Of a DNA stretch of 64,000 nucleotides, positions 53,187-64,000 are shown piece by piece. The notes below the pieces were generated by a model. The model was given only the letters and a program-made list of their open reading frames with translations, was not told the origin of the DNA and did not search any database. The DNA lies in contig CAJNYD010000034.1 of the NCBI GenBank assembly GCA_905331295.1, positions 310,001 to 374,000 on the forward strand, given 5' to 3'. Origin of the DNA: Rotaria socialis. Lineage: Eukaryota. Made by a program: the position numbers and the translations under genes. The stretch's first letter is position 1, and each line of letters opens with the position of its first letter.

Positions 53187-56100
53187 ATGGTTTTCATAAC
53201 TACTATTCGCCATGCGATTCAGCAACGTTCACGAATGTTTCTTCCAACACCAATTCATCTTCCAAGAGAAAGTCGTTCTAAAAGTCAACCAGTAATTGAT
53301 TTTTGTTTTGTGTGAAGTTTCCTTGTGACGGCTTTTTTATCACTTCTAGTTCTCGATAAGATACAACTAAGCAGACTAAACTTTTCACCATGAAAAAGAT
53401 AATTTCAAATGAGTAGACAAGTGTTTGAGCAAAACTCTTATCAGCTGTTTCACTTAGAAATTCTAGACATGCATGAGGCTGCATCTGCATAGATGATAAC
53501 TTTCATAGAAAATGATGTCGAAATTGCTAGCTAAAATCTAAAGTTTGGCCTCTAGAATGCTATAAATTCTGAAGTAAATATTAAAAATAAAAATGACCGA
53601 GTTCATCTCTTGCAAATTTCCTTGGTAAACGTTTTAGTTTGATTGACTTTTAACTATTTGACAGCTGAAAGCAATCATAAAATGATAGAAAAAAAAACTC
53701 GATTCAATTCCATTATAATATGTTTTTATTCTATTTTAAACTAGTTATTACAAGACGCAGCTATCATACATAGTGTAGAACATGGCTTTCCACAATTGTT
53801 ACCAACAGGTAATATTAGCAAAAGATCTAACGTGATTGATGAATATTATTTCTTAGGTTTTCGTGTTTTAACTAAATTAAAAAGTTTAATTCGAAATGAA
53901 ATGAATAATGTTGGCGGGCAAGAATTATGTCTTTCAGCAGTGGGACGAAAAACGATTTGGGAAATAAGTGGTATGAATAGAATATTCTGTTGATGTGAAG
54001 ATTTTGTATAGATTGCTTATAGACCGATGGAATTTAATGCATGAAGAATTATTTAAATTTAAAGATCATGACGAAGAATATTGTCTAAGTCCAGTAAATA
54101 TAACTCATATGCTTTTAAAAAGACAAGAAAAACATTCTGTATTCGACTTTAGACTCATGAAGAAGCAATCACTAAACTTGTTTCATCTGTGTGTAAATCC
54201 CTTCCACGAAGTAATTATCCATTACTTGTTTATCAGGTAAACTATTTGATTGATTGATTTTTAAAAGAAATAGAAACTGGTCATTCATGATTAGCAAATC
54301 TAGATTACATGGAAATATCGTAATGAACGGAATTATCGCCACGGTCTTCTTCGAACCAAAGAATTTCTTATGAAAGGTCTTATATTTCTTTGATTAATTT
54401 TGCAAAAAAAAATGTATTCATTTGCTTTCTAATGATTAGATCTGTATAGCTTCCATAGAGATGAAGAATGTGCACGTGTTGTGTATGATCAAGTTTGTGA
54501 TGCATATGAACGAATATTTAAAAAATTAGAACTCAATTGTTTTAAAGGTATGCATCGCATTCTAGATTATAACTATGTAAAATTCTTCTTTTTTTTTAAA
54601 TTTTTTCTTTATTTAGTACCAGCTGATAGTGGTTTGATGGGTGGCTCCTTAAATCACGAATTTCTAGCAGTATCACCCGTTGGCGAAGATACATTACTTG
54701 TTTGTCCAGAGTACGTTGAGCTACGATCGGTATAGTTTTAAAAGCAAAAGTAGAGCAACATAAACCTTTTGTAAAAACTTATGAAGGAGGCAATGATAAT
54801 AAAGGTCAAGCCAATGAGACAATTTTGAGATATCAGCAAAGTAGAGATTCATTTTTTTTCTTTTCTTTTATTGACTATTTTATGATTCGTAGTTTTTCTG
54901 TTAAAAGAAACAGAGTGGCCTGTGAGCCATAAATATTTGCTTATTCTCATTTTAAAAAATGTTTATAAAACTAGAAGAAGGCAAACGTAGACTTATTTAG
55001 GAGTTCGATTGATGGTGCATGATTTGATCAAAGTCTTATCTTCTTTTATATAAAGTATTATGTAATCTACAATATTTATTATCTATCAATAGAAGTAAGC
55101 TTGCTCTTTCGATTTCTTGTATGGCGACAGTAGACGAGAGTTACTTGATAAAAATCGTGTGCCTTATGTTTTATTTGTTGATTTATTTTTGATATATTGG
55201 CTGTCCTAAGAAACATTGCGTTCTGAGCTGTTGAATGGCAAGTCTTTTTTTCACTAGATTCGCCATCTGTTTCTCCACGAATTGATTGTCCTACTTTCTG
55301 TGAAATAGATTCTAAATATTTTTCTAATTGAATCTTTTCTAGTCGAAAGATTATAATAAATAGAATAGTTTAATGTATTTCAATACTGAGTAGCTATGAA
55401 ATATAGTTCTAGATGATAGAAGAGAGTCTATTTTTCTGATCCTACTGAAACGGATGGAGTTGAACCTATGGCATTCTGATCAGCTTCACCAGCTTTAAAT
55501 TCATTATGATGCCATTGACGGGTGCAAAAGTTTGCATATTGATCTGCAGATATGCTCAATTTTTTCAAGAGATTTAATATTTTATATGTTACTACGACTG
55601 AGAGTAATCGAGTGTCTCTCAGTCGGTAATAACCATTGATATCACATCGGCTAGCTATTGTAGTTAATCAAAAATTCGTTATCAAAACAAAAAAATACCT
55701 ATCGCATAATCATGACTTATTCAACTTTGTATATTATCTTGGTTAGGCTTATTGGTAAGAAAATAAATCATTTCTAATAAAACGAATCTATCATTCCATA
55801 AAGAATTGAAAAGCAAGCCTGATAGAAACAGAAGATCACATTTGAGAAACCAAAGATTGTTACAATACTAATAGATACATTTAATTCGTATAGATGTAAT
55901 CGTGGATCTTTAAAAAATAAAGCTCAATGTGAGCATACGCAAAAAATTGAACAGCGTGCCATTGAAATTGGACATTGTTTTCTTCTTGGTGATCGTTACA
56001 CAAAAGCATTTAATGCCATTGAGGGATCGTCAGATATTGCCGTTGACAAAAAGTAATTAAACTAAAAGCAAAGAATTTAACAATTTATATCTATTTCTCT

Positions 56101-56666
56101 TTTTTTCCCCTAAAGACCTTTAGTGATGGGCTGTTATGGTATTGGTGTAACACGTTTAATGGCAGCAACAGTTGAAATACTTACACCAAAGGACTCTGAT
56201 GATATACATTGGCCACGACGAATTGTTCCTTATCAAGTTGCTATTTTACCACCGAAAGTTAGTCAAAGTTTTTTTTGCTATTGAATTTCACCAATCATAC
56301 ATATGTTTTTATTTGACTTTAGAAAGGTAGTCCTGAAGAAGCCAATGGTAATGAGAAAACTCTTGGTCGCTTGTTAAATCTCAGTAATACGGAATGGTTT
56401 GTTGATGATCGTACTGAATTGACAATTGGTTATCGATTAAAGGATTGCCAAAAAATGGGTATTCCCATTGTTATAGCATTTGGAAAACGAGCTGTAAGAT
56501 TTTATCTCTATGAATATTTGTTTATTATCAATCATTTATTTATTCATCTATTAAGACTAAACAAAATTTATGTGAAATTATCGATGTATACAATAATCGA
56601 ACAGAATATTTAGACTATGAAGATACATTAAAGTTCATTCAAGATTATTATTCAGCTTTTTGTTAG
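53187..56666 (+). CDS. PARS2: Mitochondrial prolyl-tRNA synthetase; ~12 coding exons
   Basis: Spliced motifs IRNEMNNVGGQEL, WEISDRWNLM, YCLSPTHEEAIT, YPLLVYQITWKYRNE...GLLRTKEFLMKDLYSFH, VPADSGLMGGSLNHEF, IEIGHCFLLGDRYT, MGCYGIGVTRLMAA, WPRRIVPYQV, DDRTELTIGYRLKD. Arg-rich presequence-like N-terminus, no INS editing domain, large intron ~54711-55893. Confidence 0.93.
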
Positions 56667-56772
56667 ATATCATTGTTTTTGCTTTTAAGAAACAGAAAAC
56701 AAAATGACAAGAAAAGAAATTTTCAATGTTAAGTTTTGACTTTTAAAATTCCACTTTCTTTCAGAGCAAAAA

Positions 56773-58966
56773 ATGCCCTCGTCATTTTCGAAATCTAATG
56801 GTACCTATGCTGCATTAGCTACTGGAGCTATTGCAGTTACATATGCTGGCACACATGCATATAAATCACGTATTCAACGATTACATGATGATGGAATCGA
56901 TCTAAAAAATCAAACAGTTGAGATCGATCCTGTAGAACATATTCGTCGTTGTACCTTTTATAAAGATATTGATCTTTTCTCGTTCTATAAAACAATTTGT
57001 CCTAATATACAGACATTAGGTGATGTTTTTTATAACGGTTATTCGGCGTCGAGAAATGGACCATGCATAGCCTATGTTGATCCAGCAAAACAAACGGAAC
57101 CTCTAAATTGGATATCCTATTCAACAGCATTAGAACGTATACGTATAATAGGTTCTCATTTATGGACAGAAGCTAAACTAACTCCAATGAAATCAACAAT
57201 TGCTATAATATCATTGAATCGTGCTGAATATGCATTTGTTGAACATGCCGGCTATATGTACGGATTCATTATTCTTGGTCTTTATACATCGTATGATCCA
57301 GAAACGATTTTATCAATATTAGAAAAAACAAAAACAGAAGTATTGGTTGTCGATAATTTAGATCGTATTGAATCTTTTAAAAATCAATTGTTAGAAAAAA
57401 CATGTCTAAAAGAAATTCTTATTATGGATGATGTAACAAGTAGTGAACATCCAAAAATTAAAAACATTCCAAAAGTTTTAAAAACTATGCAACAATCCGA
57501 TGTTCGTCCACGTCCTAAAATTGATCCAGATAGTATAGCTTCTTATATTTTAACCAGTGGAACAACAGGTTTGAATGAACACAACTATTCTTGAAAAGCA
57601 AAATAAAAGAAATGTATAATATTTTTATATTTAAGGTGAACCAAAACTTGCAATGCTATCCCATGCAAACTTTCTATCAACAGCGAAAGCTGGTATTGAT
57701 CGTCGAGAACGAGCTAATATGGGTGCTGACCCTACTAATAGACATTGTTCATTTTTACCAATGGCACATTTATATGAACGATTAACACTAATCAGTCATT
57801 TTATTCATGGTGTACAAGTTGTTTTTTGTCCAATTCCAGAAAAACTTTTTGAATATTATCCAATAGTAAAACCAACAAATCTCTCAATGGTACCTAGAAT
57901 TTTAAATAAAGTCTATGATACCATTATGACTGAAGTAAATAAAAGTAAAATAAAACGTTTTCTTATTTCACAAGCATTACACAATGAACAACCAACATTA
58001 TTTTCACGTTTTATTTTTCGAAAAATAAGAAAATTATTTGGCGGAGAAGCTATTGCTATGCTAACTGGATCTGCTCCGATAACACCTGAAGTATTACATT
58101 TTTTTCGTATTGCACTTGACATACCCGTTGTTGAAGCATACGGTCAAACTGAATCAACAGCTGCTGGCACAAGTACACATGTTATTGATATGTCATGTGG
58201 TACTGTTGGTTCACCAGGAGCTGCAGTTGAAATAAAACTTATTGATGTGCCTAGTACCAACTATCGAAGTAGTAATAATCAAGGGGAAATTTGTATACGC
58301 GGGCCATGCATTTTTAAAGGTAAAATTTTATATAATTAGTTGAAAGTTCAAATCAGTTTATCATTTTTCGATATTTTTAAAGGTTATTATGGTGACGAAG
58401 CTAAAACACGTGAAACTATTGATGAAGGTGGTTGGCTTCATACAGGCGATGTTGGCGAATGGACAAGTACTGGTGCCTTACGTATTATTGATCGTGTAAA
58501 ACATATATTTAAACTAAGCCAAGGTGAATATATTGCACCTGAACGTCTCGAAGATGGTTATATTCGTTCTCGATGGATAGCACAAATATTTGTTGATGGA
58601 ATATCAACAGAATCAGCTGTTGTAGCAATTGTTATACCCGATGAAGAATATGTACGAAGTCACTTTCGAACGGCAAACTCAAATATGTCATTGGACGAGA
58701 TATGCAAAGATGAAAAGCTAAAAGAAATTATTTTAACAGATTTAAAACGATTAGCTAGAGAATATAAATATCGTCATTATGAAACAGTTGTTAATATTCA
58801 TCTTCATCCAGAACTATTGTCACAAGAAAATGGTCTTATTACTTCAACATTTAAAACTCGACGAACAGCAACTCGACAATACTTTCAACATATTATTCAT
58901 TCGCTTTATCAAGCTAGTGATAGAATAGAAAAGCCGAAAAATGTTGAAGAACAATCAAAGTTATAA
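56773..58966 (+). CDS. ACSL: Long-chain fatty acyl-CoA synthetase (ACSL1/5/6-like); 3 exons
   Basis: Exons 56773-57568, 57636-58319, 58383-58966. Motifs ILTSGTTGEPKLAMLSH, SFLPMAHLYER, EAYGQTE, GEICIRGPCIFKGYY, GWLHTGDVG and IIDRVKHIFKLSQGEYIAPE; N-terminal hydrophobic anchor. Confidence 0.95.
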
Positions 58967-59806
58967 ACTTTACCTTGCTAATATTTATGAGTGCTAATTA
59001 AATGGGTACATTTTTCCTTTCTACTTTGTGATTTGATAAATTATTTGATTTACTTTTTTTTTTAAATTGGTTGATTTGCGATGCATGCGTGTTTCCGTAA
59101 TAAAATTTGGTAGTTTAAAAGATACAAACGAATATTCGCAAACGAATTGAACTACACATCGGTTATTTTTCAAATATATCAACTCTAAAAAAGCCTTTAT
59201 GGTCATCTGCAATATGATCTAAAATGATTATAGAAGTATCTAGCAAGTGCTTTGAAAAACTTTCTTTCATAGATTGTAACAAATGGGTTACGTCGGTAGC
59301 ACTTCTCTCGAATGTATCACTGACTGTGCATTATCACATCTCAAAGTCGACAATCTTATATTGTGTCTAACTTACAATAGCTTCTATAGCCGACATGAGA
59401 TAAATGTTAACAAGAGCACTGCTTTTCAAGAGTTCAAAGCAGTATAAAATATAAAGAAATCAAGCCTAGACAAATATTTGATTTGATCTATGTTTACAGA
59501 CTGATGGACTCTCTTTGCTGCAGAGAGAGATAGAGAGAGAGTTGATGTAATCTGACAAGATAATGATATTTATGTTAAGCCAGAACATTCATACTTTTTA
59601 TTTTGTTTCGTCCGAAGATTTATTCTTTTTTCTCCTTCATCATTCCATGAGAGTTTCTCATCACTGTTTTCGTAGAAAATTTGACGACGTGTCTTGAAAG
59701 AGAACTTGCTAATTTTTCTCGGTCTTAAAAAATGATCGAAAGATTTTAAAAACATGATGCAGATACCGCTCGCTTTTAATTAAACAATAGTAATCGAAAT
59801 TTATTT

Positions 59807-60344
59807 TTATTTGAGGTCAAAATACAAATGAACGAAACAATGCCCTTTCAGATGATTTTCTCTTACAAAAAAAATCTTATTTGGTGATGGAATCTGTTCT
59901 TTCATCTTGCCTTCATGTGCAAAATTGTCATTATATTCATTTTCTTGTTTTTGTTTTGCTAATATTGATGACGATGAAGTAATCTTTTGTATACCGATTA
60001 CTTGCATACCATCAACAGGTGTAATAACCATCATTTCTTTTTCTCGCGTTCGAAGACGAAATGTTAATAGATTATCGTCTGGATCAATATCACGAATAGC
60101 CGATCGCGCAATATCACCAAATGAAAGTAACTTTGATGCTATAAAAAATGTTACATTATTATTTAATGATGTATATTGAAGTTGTCTTTGTTCATTTGTG
60201 ACGATAACACCTTCAACAGTTGGATTGGCTAATATTCGTTTTAGCATTACCTCTTCCATTGGTGACACATCTATATCTATTTAAAATAAGCTATCGATAA
60301 TCTACTAGGATATTTTTTTAAATAATACTTGGTGAATTTTCCAT
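59807..60344 (-). CDS. DYNLRB: Roadblock/LC7 (dynein light chain roadblock-like) protein with C-terminal extension; 3' end uncertain
   Basis: ATG at 60344, intron 60328 to ~60271, then EEVMLKRILANPTVEGVIVTN...ARSAIRDIDPDDNLLTFRLRTREKEMMVITP, which matches the roadblock consensus. A GTAAGA donor at ~59866 could alter the C-terminus. Confidence 0.82.
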
Positions 60345-62026
60345 TTATTTTTAGTTGCTCGGCGTCGCAATTTTGTCGTTGATAGAGGAACTATACACAA
60401 ATAAAAGATAATTCTTTTACACAATTGTGATTGATAAGAAGAGAACTTTTATTGCGTGAAAAAGAAACAGAACAAAAAAAATCTTTATTCTTGACCTCTA
60501 GACCAATTCGTAATGATAAATACGTAGGATACCGTTCAACAGAAAAAAAGATAATTGAGAAAACAGAAAGAAAAAACTTAGACTTCCGATTGTTTTACAA
60601 GCCGAGTTTTTTTTTATAAACGGAACGACATTCCGAAGAAGAAAAAAAGATTGACAAATTTATATTTACTTTTTATTTTATTCTTCCCGTTCACAATTTT
60701 TTTCTTGATGCTTATGATAGCAACTATTGTTCTATCAGAGTAGAAACTAGTTGTTACATTGAAGAAATAGTATATATGTTTAATTATTCATAAGTTTGCT
60801 ATCGCCGTTTGTTTAACAGCGACTAGTAAAAGGCCTTTCGAGTTTTAATGATTTTTAAAGTGAATTATGTCATTCAAATAGTTTTGTTAGATGTTTATTG
60901 TTACATTGGAATATATATATATGACTGAATTAATCAACAAAGTTCAATCCTCTAAGTTTATATATTTAAACACTTTTTTTTTATTAAAAAATAGTGAAAA
61001 TCGATTATTTATCAATTACAATTCTAAAATTGTATTCAGTTTTTATATTAAGAAAAACTTTACAAAAAACAAAATTAATACATACAATTTCACAAATACT
61101 TTTAAGGATTAAATAATTTTCTTTTTCAACAGAACTATTAGAAATTATTTCAAACCTTGTTTATCATGTTTTTTTCAAATTAAGCTCAATAACAGTAAAT
61201 ATAACTCAACATTTCATATTATTCAAAAGAGAAATCTCTAAAAAGATTCATTCAATTTTAGAAAGTCTTTTACGGATTTGTTTCATAATTATTAAAAATA
61301 AATTAAACTGAAATAACATGATATTAAATATTCGATTATCTTCTCTCTAAGATAAAAATTCTCGGATCTTTCAAATATTTGCAGACGCTTTATTTATAAG
61401 CAAACTTATGCAATGAATGAATAAACAAAATCTAGTAACAATTTATTTCATATTCTTTATGATTAATCAGAGAACAGAATTTAGATAATTTCTAAAATGA
61501 TTTTATATACTTTTAGGGTGCTGATGTGAGTTTGGGGATGATGCGATTAAAGAAAACATTCGTACCCACATTCACACCCTAGAATCTAGTCAAAATCCAT
61601 CATGATAATAGCAATAGAAGAGCATTTCGCCGACTATCCTTTGACTGAGATTCATTCTCTTCAAAGTTTTAAAGCGATGATGATAAAATAATGCATTTAA
61701 AGTAACGCATTGTAATATACAAGGATAAGGACATGTACACTTTTTTCAGATAAAAAAATTCTTGTTTTACTTAAATAGTGTTAAAATATAGATTCAAATG
61801 ACGCTAATCTTACAACTGATGACAAGGAAGCGGCACGTTGGTATGATTGATCTATTGTATTCTATCATAACAGCTGTGACCAGCTGGCCTTTTTCTATTA
61901 ATTACGAGTATTCAAAGGTGTAGTTGATGCAAGGGGAAAGGCGGATTTGGGAGTTTTTTTGGAATTTTGAAAATCCCAAAATCCCAAAGTTCAAAACGTG
62001 AATGATGAAATTTCCATCTGAATTTT

Positions 62027-62242
62027 TTCCCATATGTAAGTCTCATGATCCTTAGAATATTTTAAAATTTTCAGCGCAAGCAGATGTTTCCTTCTCAAAA
62101 TAATGAATGCACAAGAAATGCTCATTTCACGGCACGGTCAGAAAATCCAGTTTTTTTGAAAATTCAATATTTTAAGAAGGAAACCTTTGTTCGAGTTGAA
62201 ACTTTCAGGATCTTCTATGGACCATGAAACCTATATATGGAA
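62027..62242. repeat. ~80-bp imperfect inverted repeat with ~53-bp spacer (fold-back MITE core)
   Basis: 62030-62108 (CCATATGTAAGTCTCATGATCCTTAGAA...TTTCCTTCTCAAAATAATGAAT) aligns colinearly with the reverse complement of 62162-62240. Confidence 0.8.
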
Positions 62243-62245
62243 ACA

Positions 62246-62270
62246 GGGTGCGGGTGTCGGTGTGGTGTGT
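62246..62270 (+). repeat. Degenerate telomere-like G-rich hexamers (TGTGGG-like)
   Basis: GGG TGCGGG TGTCGG TGTGG TGTGT, directly adjacent to a minus-strand hammerhead motif. Confidence 0.55.
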
Positions 62271-62287
62271 ATTACATTTAAGGAATG

Positions 62288-62331
62288 CTACGACTAGTTT
62301 CGACCTTTCTCAAGGGTCAATCCTCAGGTAG
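62288..62331 (-). ncRNA. Minimal type I hammerhead ribozyme motif (HHR1)
   Basis: Minus strand CTAC-CTGAGGA-TT-GACCCTTGAGAAAGGTC-GAAA-CTAG-TC-GTAG: CUGANGA and GAAA core, helix I CUAC/GUAG, helix II GACC/GGUC, palindromic helix III CUAG, GUC cleavage triplet. Confidence 0.8.
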
Positions 62332-62487
62332 TTTAAGCACTGCATAATTTTATAGATTAAGATGAACATTTTTTTGGGAACTTCCCACGTTTAATTTATA
62401 AATTTAAGACAGAGTAGAGATTTCTTAATTATAATAGGATGCGTATTATATCTAAGGATAATAAAAGGTATTAGAGATTGAAAGCAT

Positions 62488-62533
62488 CATACGACACGTT
62501 TCGACCTTGCTTAAGGGTCTATCATCAGGCATG
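62488..62533 (-). ncRNA. Minimal type I hammerhead ribozyme motif (HHR2)
   Basis: Minus strand CATGC-CTGATGA-TA-GACCCTTAAGCAAGGTC-GAAA-CGTG-TC-GTATG: intact core, helix I CAUGC/GUAUG, helix II GACC/GGUC, near-palindromic helix III. Confidence 0.8.
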
Positions 62534-62579
62534 TCTACAATCTATTACTACATAGATCCAAAACTCTCTAAATAAACGA

Positions 62580-62627
62580 AGAAGTTGAGGACAATTCGTA
62601 ATAAGCAAAATCGAAACGCGTCGTGTG
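62580..62627 (+). ncRNA. Degenerate hammerhead motif (HHR3), opposite orientation
   Basis: TTGAGGA...CGAAACGCGTC (C3>U, weak helix II, palindromic ACGCGT). Its downstream ~45 nt are an inverted copy of the sequence downstream of HHR2. Confidence 0.55.
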
Positions 62628-64000
62628 ATACTTTCAATCTCTAATACCTTTTTATTATCTACAGATTGATTTCTGAGTAGACTGTAGTTATTATGTATTG
62701 ATTCCAAAAAATTAATTTCCGATGTTTTTGAATCTTTTATACTAATAATCTTCATGCCGCTTGATAAGAATTGTTTTGACAACATCGAAATACCTGGTAT
62801 TGTGGTAGCTATGTACACACCCACGCCTGCAGGATATACACGACTTTGTAATGTTATTTTTCTAAAACTCGCAGTCTCTCTCTCTCTCAGAGAAACTATT
62901 AGTCAATTTTCGATTAAACACGTTATATAAGTACAAGTCTAACAACAAAATGAGTAATACATTATAGATATTTCAGCACTATTGATTTATTTGTATACTA
63001 AAATTAAAACATTAAATATGACTTTGTATATGATAGTTGTAAAAGATATATTTTTACAAAGTTGCAAGCGGAAATTTGAATATCTCGTTTTCTGAGTTAG
63101 AACATCGTATTTGTAGCAGATCTTCCGAAGTTGGACATTGTGAATTCTTTTCAATGTATTGATTCCTAATTTCTGCCTGCATAATACATGCAGCATCATC
63201 TCAAAAAAAACTTATCAACTGAAGAATATCTCTCACGAATTCTAATATTGTCTACAAGATATCGAGAAAAATCAATATTTATTTTTCCTTCAATGTAATA
63301 ATCAAGTGTATTTATTTTGATCAAATAAATTCTATGCCAATATAATCCGAAATTTAGGGCGGAAGTGTATTTTTTGTGAAGAATGGTGTATTCATGTAGG
63401 CACTCATTGTACTTGTCAATGTTTTTTTTTTCTATATAAACAATTGAAATTTCTTATTCTATATAATCAATCAAAATTCGATTGAAACTTACTTATAAAC
63501 AATCGCAATCAAGGCAACTGTCATCATGTTCTATTTCTTCAGTTTATTAAACAAACAGCATCACTCTTTATTTTTATATTTTCCACCTGTCTCTGTCAAT
63601 ATGGTTCAATAACATACAGAAAAAACCAAAAAAAAAAAAGAAAGAAAGAAAATGTTGATCTTAATTATACGTGTTTATATTTTATTGTCAATATACGATT
63701 CGAACGAAAGACTGTTTACCAGTTGCGGTTTTTGATGGCTCACTGTTACCATAGTGAGAAGAAAAGTAGATTCGAATTCTTGTTTGATCTTCTTATAATT
63801 TAACAATGAGTATGTGTAAAATATGAAAAGCACAAGCATATTGAAAATAAGAAAGAGCCATCTAAGTGATGTGATTTTAGCGGAAGAAAAAAACGAAGAG
63901 AAAAAATTCAGAAAGAGAGATGTGTGTTTTCATTTTTGGATCTAGGACGACAATTCAATATGATCATTGACCATAGCTGAATACAAATAAAAGTAAATTA

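Larger units (their letters stand above)
62246..62827. mobile_element. Back-to-back remnants of Penelope-like/Terminon-type retroelement 3' ends
   Basis: Two HHRs point left toward G-rich telomere-like repeats. Two decayed HHRs point right toward ACACACCCACGCC (62815-62827). Inverted repeat at 62457-62503 / 62611-62659. Confidence 0.55.

Noticed and set aside
56773..58966. Horizontal (bacterial or fungal) origin of the intron-poor ACSL or other genes
   Set aside because: The motifs look like ordinary eukaryotic ACSL and the genes have spliceosomal introns. HGT cannot be supported without a phylogeny.
62525..62824. 99-aa minus-strand ORF over the hammerhead region
   Set aside because: Non-ATG start and no RT or endonuclease motifs; better explained as non-coding repeat sequence.

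Overview
AT-rich eukaryotic (animal) genomic DNA with many short GT-AG introns of about 45-70 nt. The gene style, MITE families and telomere-like TGTGGG-type motifs best fit a bdelloid rotifer (inference, not proven). Spliced genes reconstructed by eye: an NR1J/HR96-like nuclear receptor, HSPBP1/Fes1, a GH20 hexosaminidase D-like enzyme, an SLC35G/EamA transporter (plus a decayed duplicate), a protocadherin with about 7 cadherin repeats, a transposon-truncated cytochrome b561-type gene, a tight same-strand trio acylphosphatase-PARS2-ACSL, and a Roadblock/LC7 gene. Also present are a solitary 5S rRNA gene and many hAT-like and CCC-terminal MITEs. Two observations stand out. (1) A ~580 bp back-to-back cassette at 62246-62827 carries four hammerhead-ribozyme-like motifs (two near-intact, two decayed) and has telomere-like repeats at both outer ends, resembling two fused Terminon/Penelope-like 3' ends. 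(2) The ACYP-PARS2-ACSL cluster looks like an operon, with 77 and 106 bp spacers that each end in a TTTCAG acceptor just before the next ATG. Coordinates are hand-derived and may be off by a few bases.
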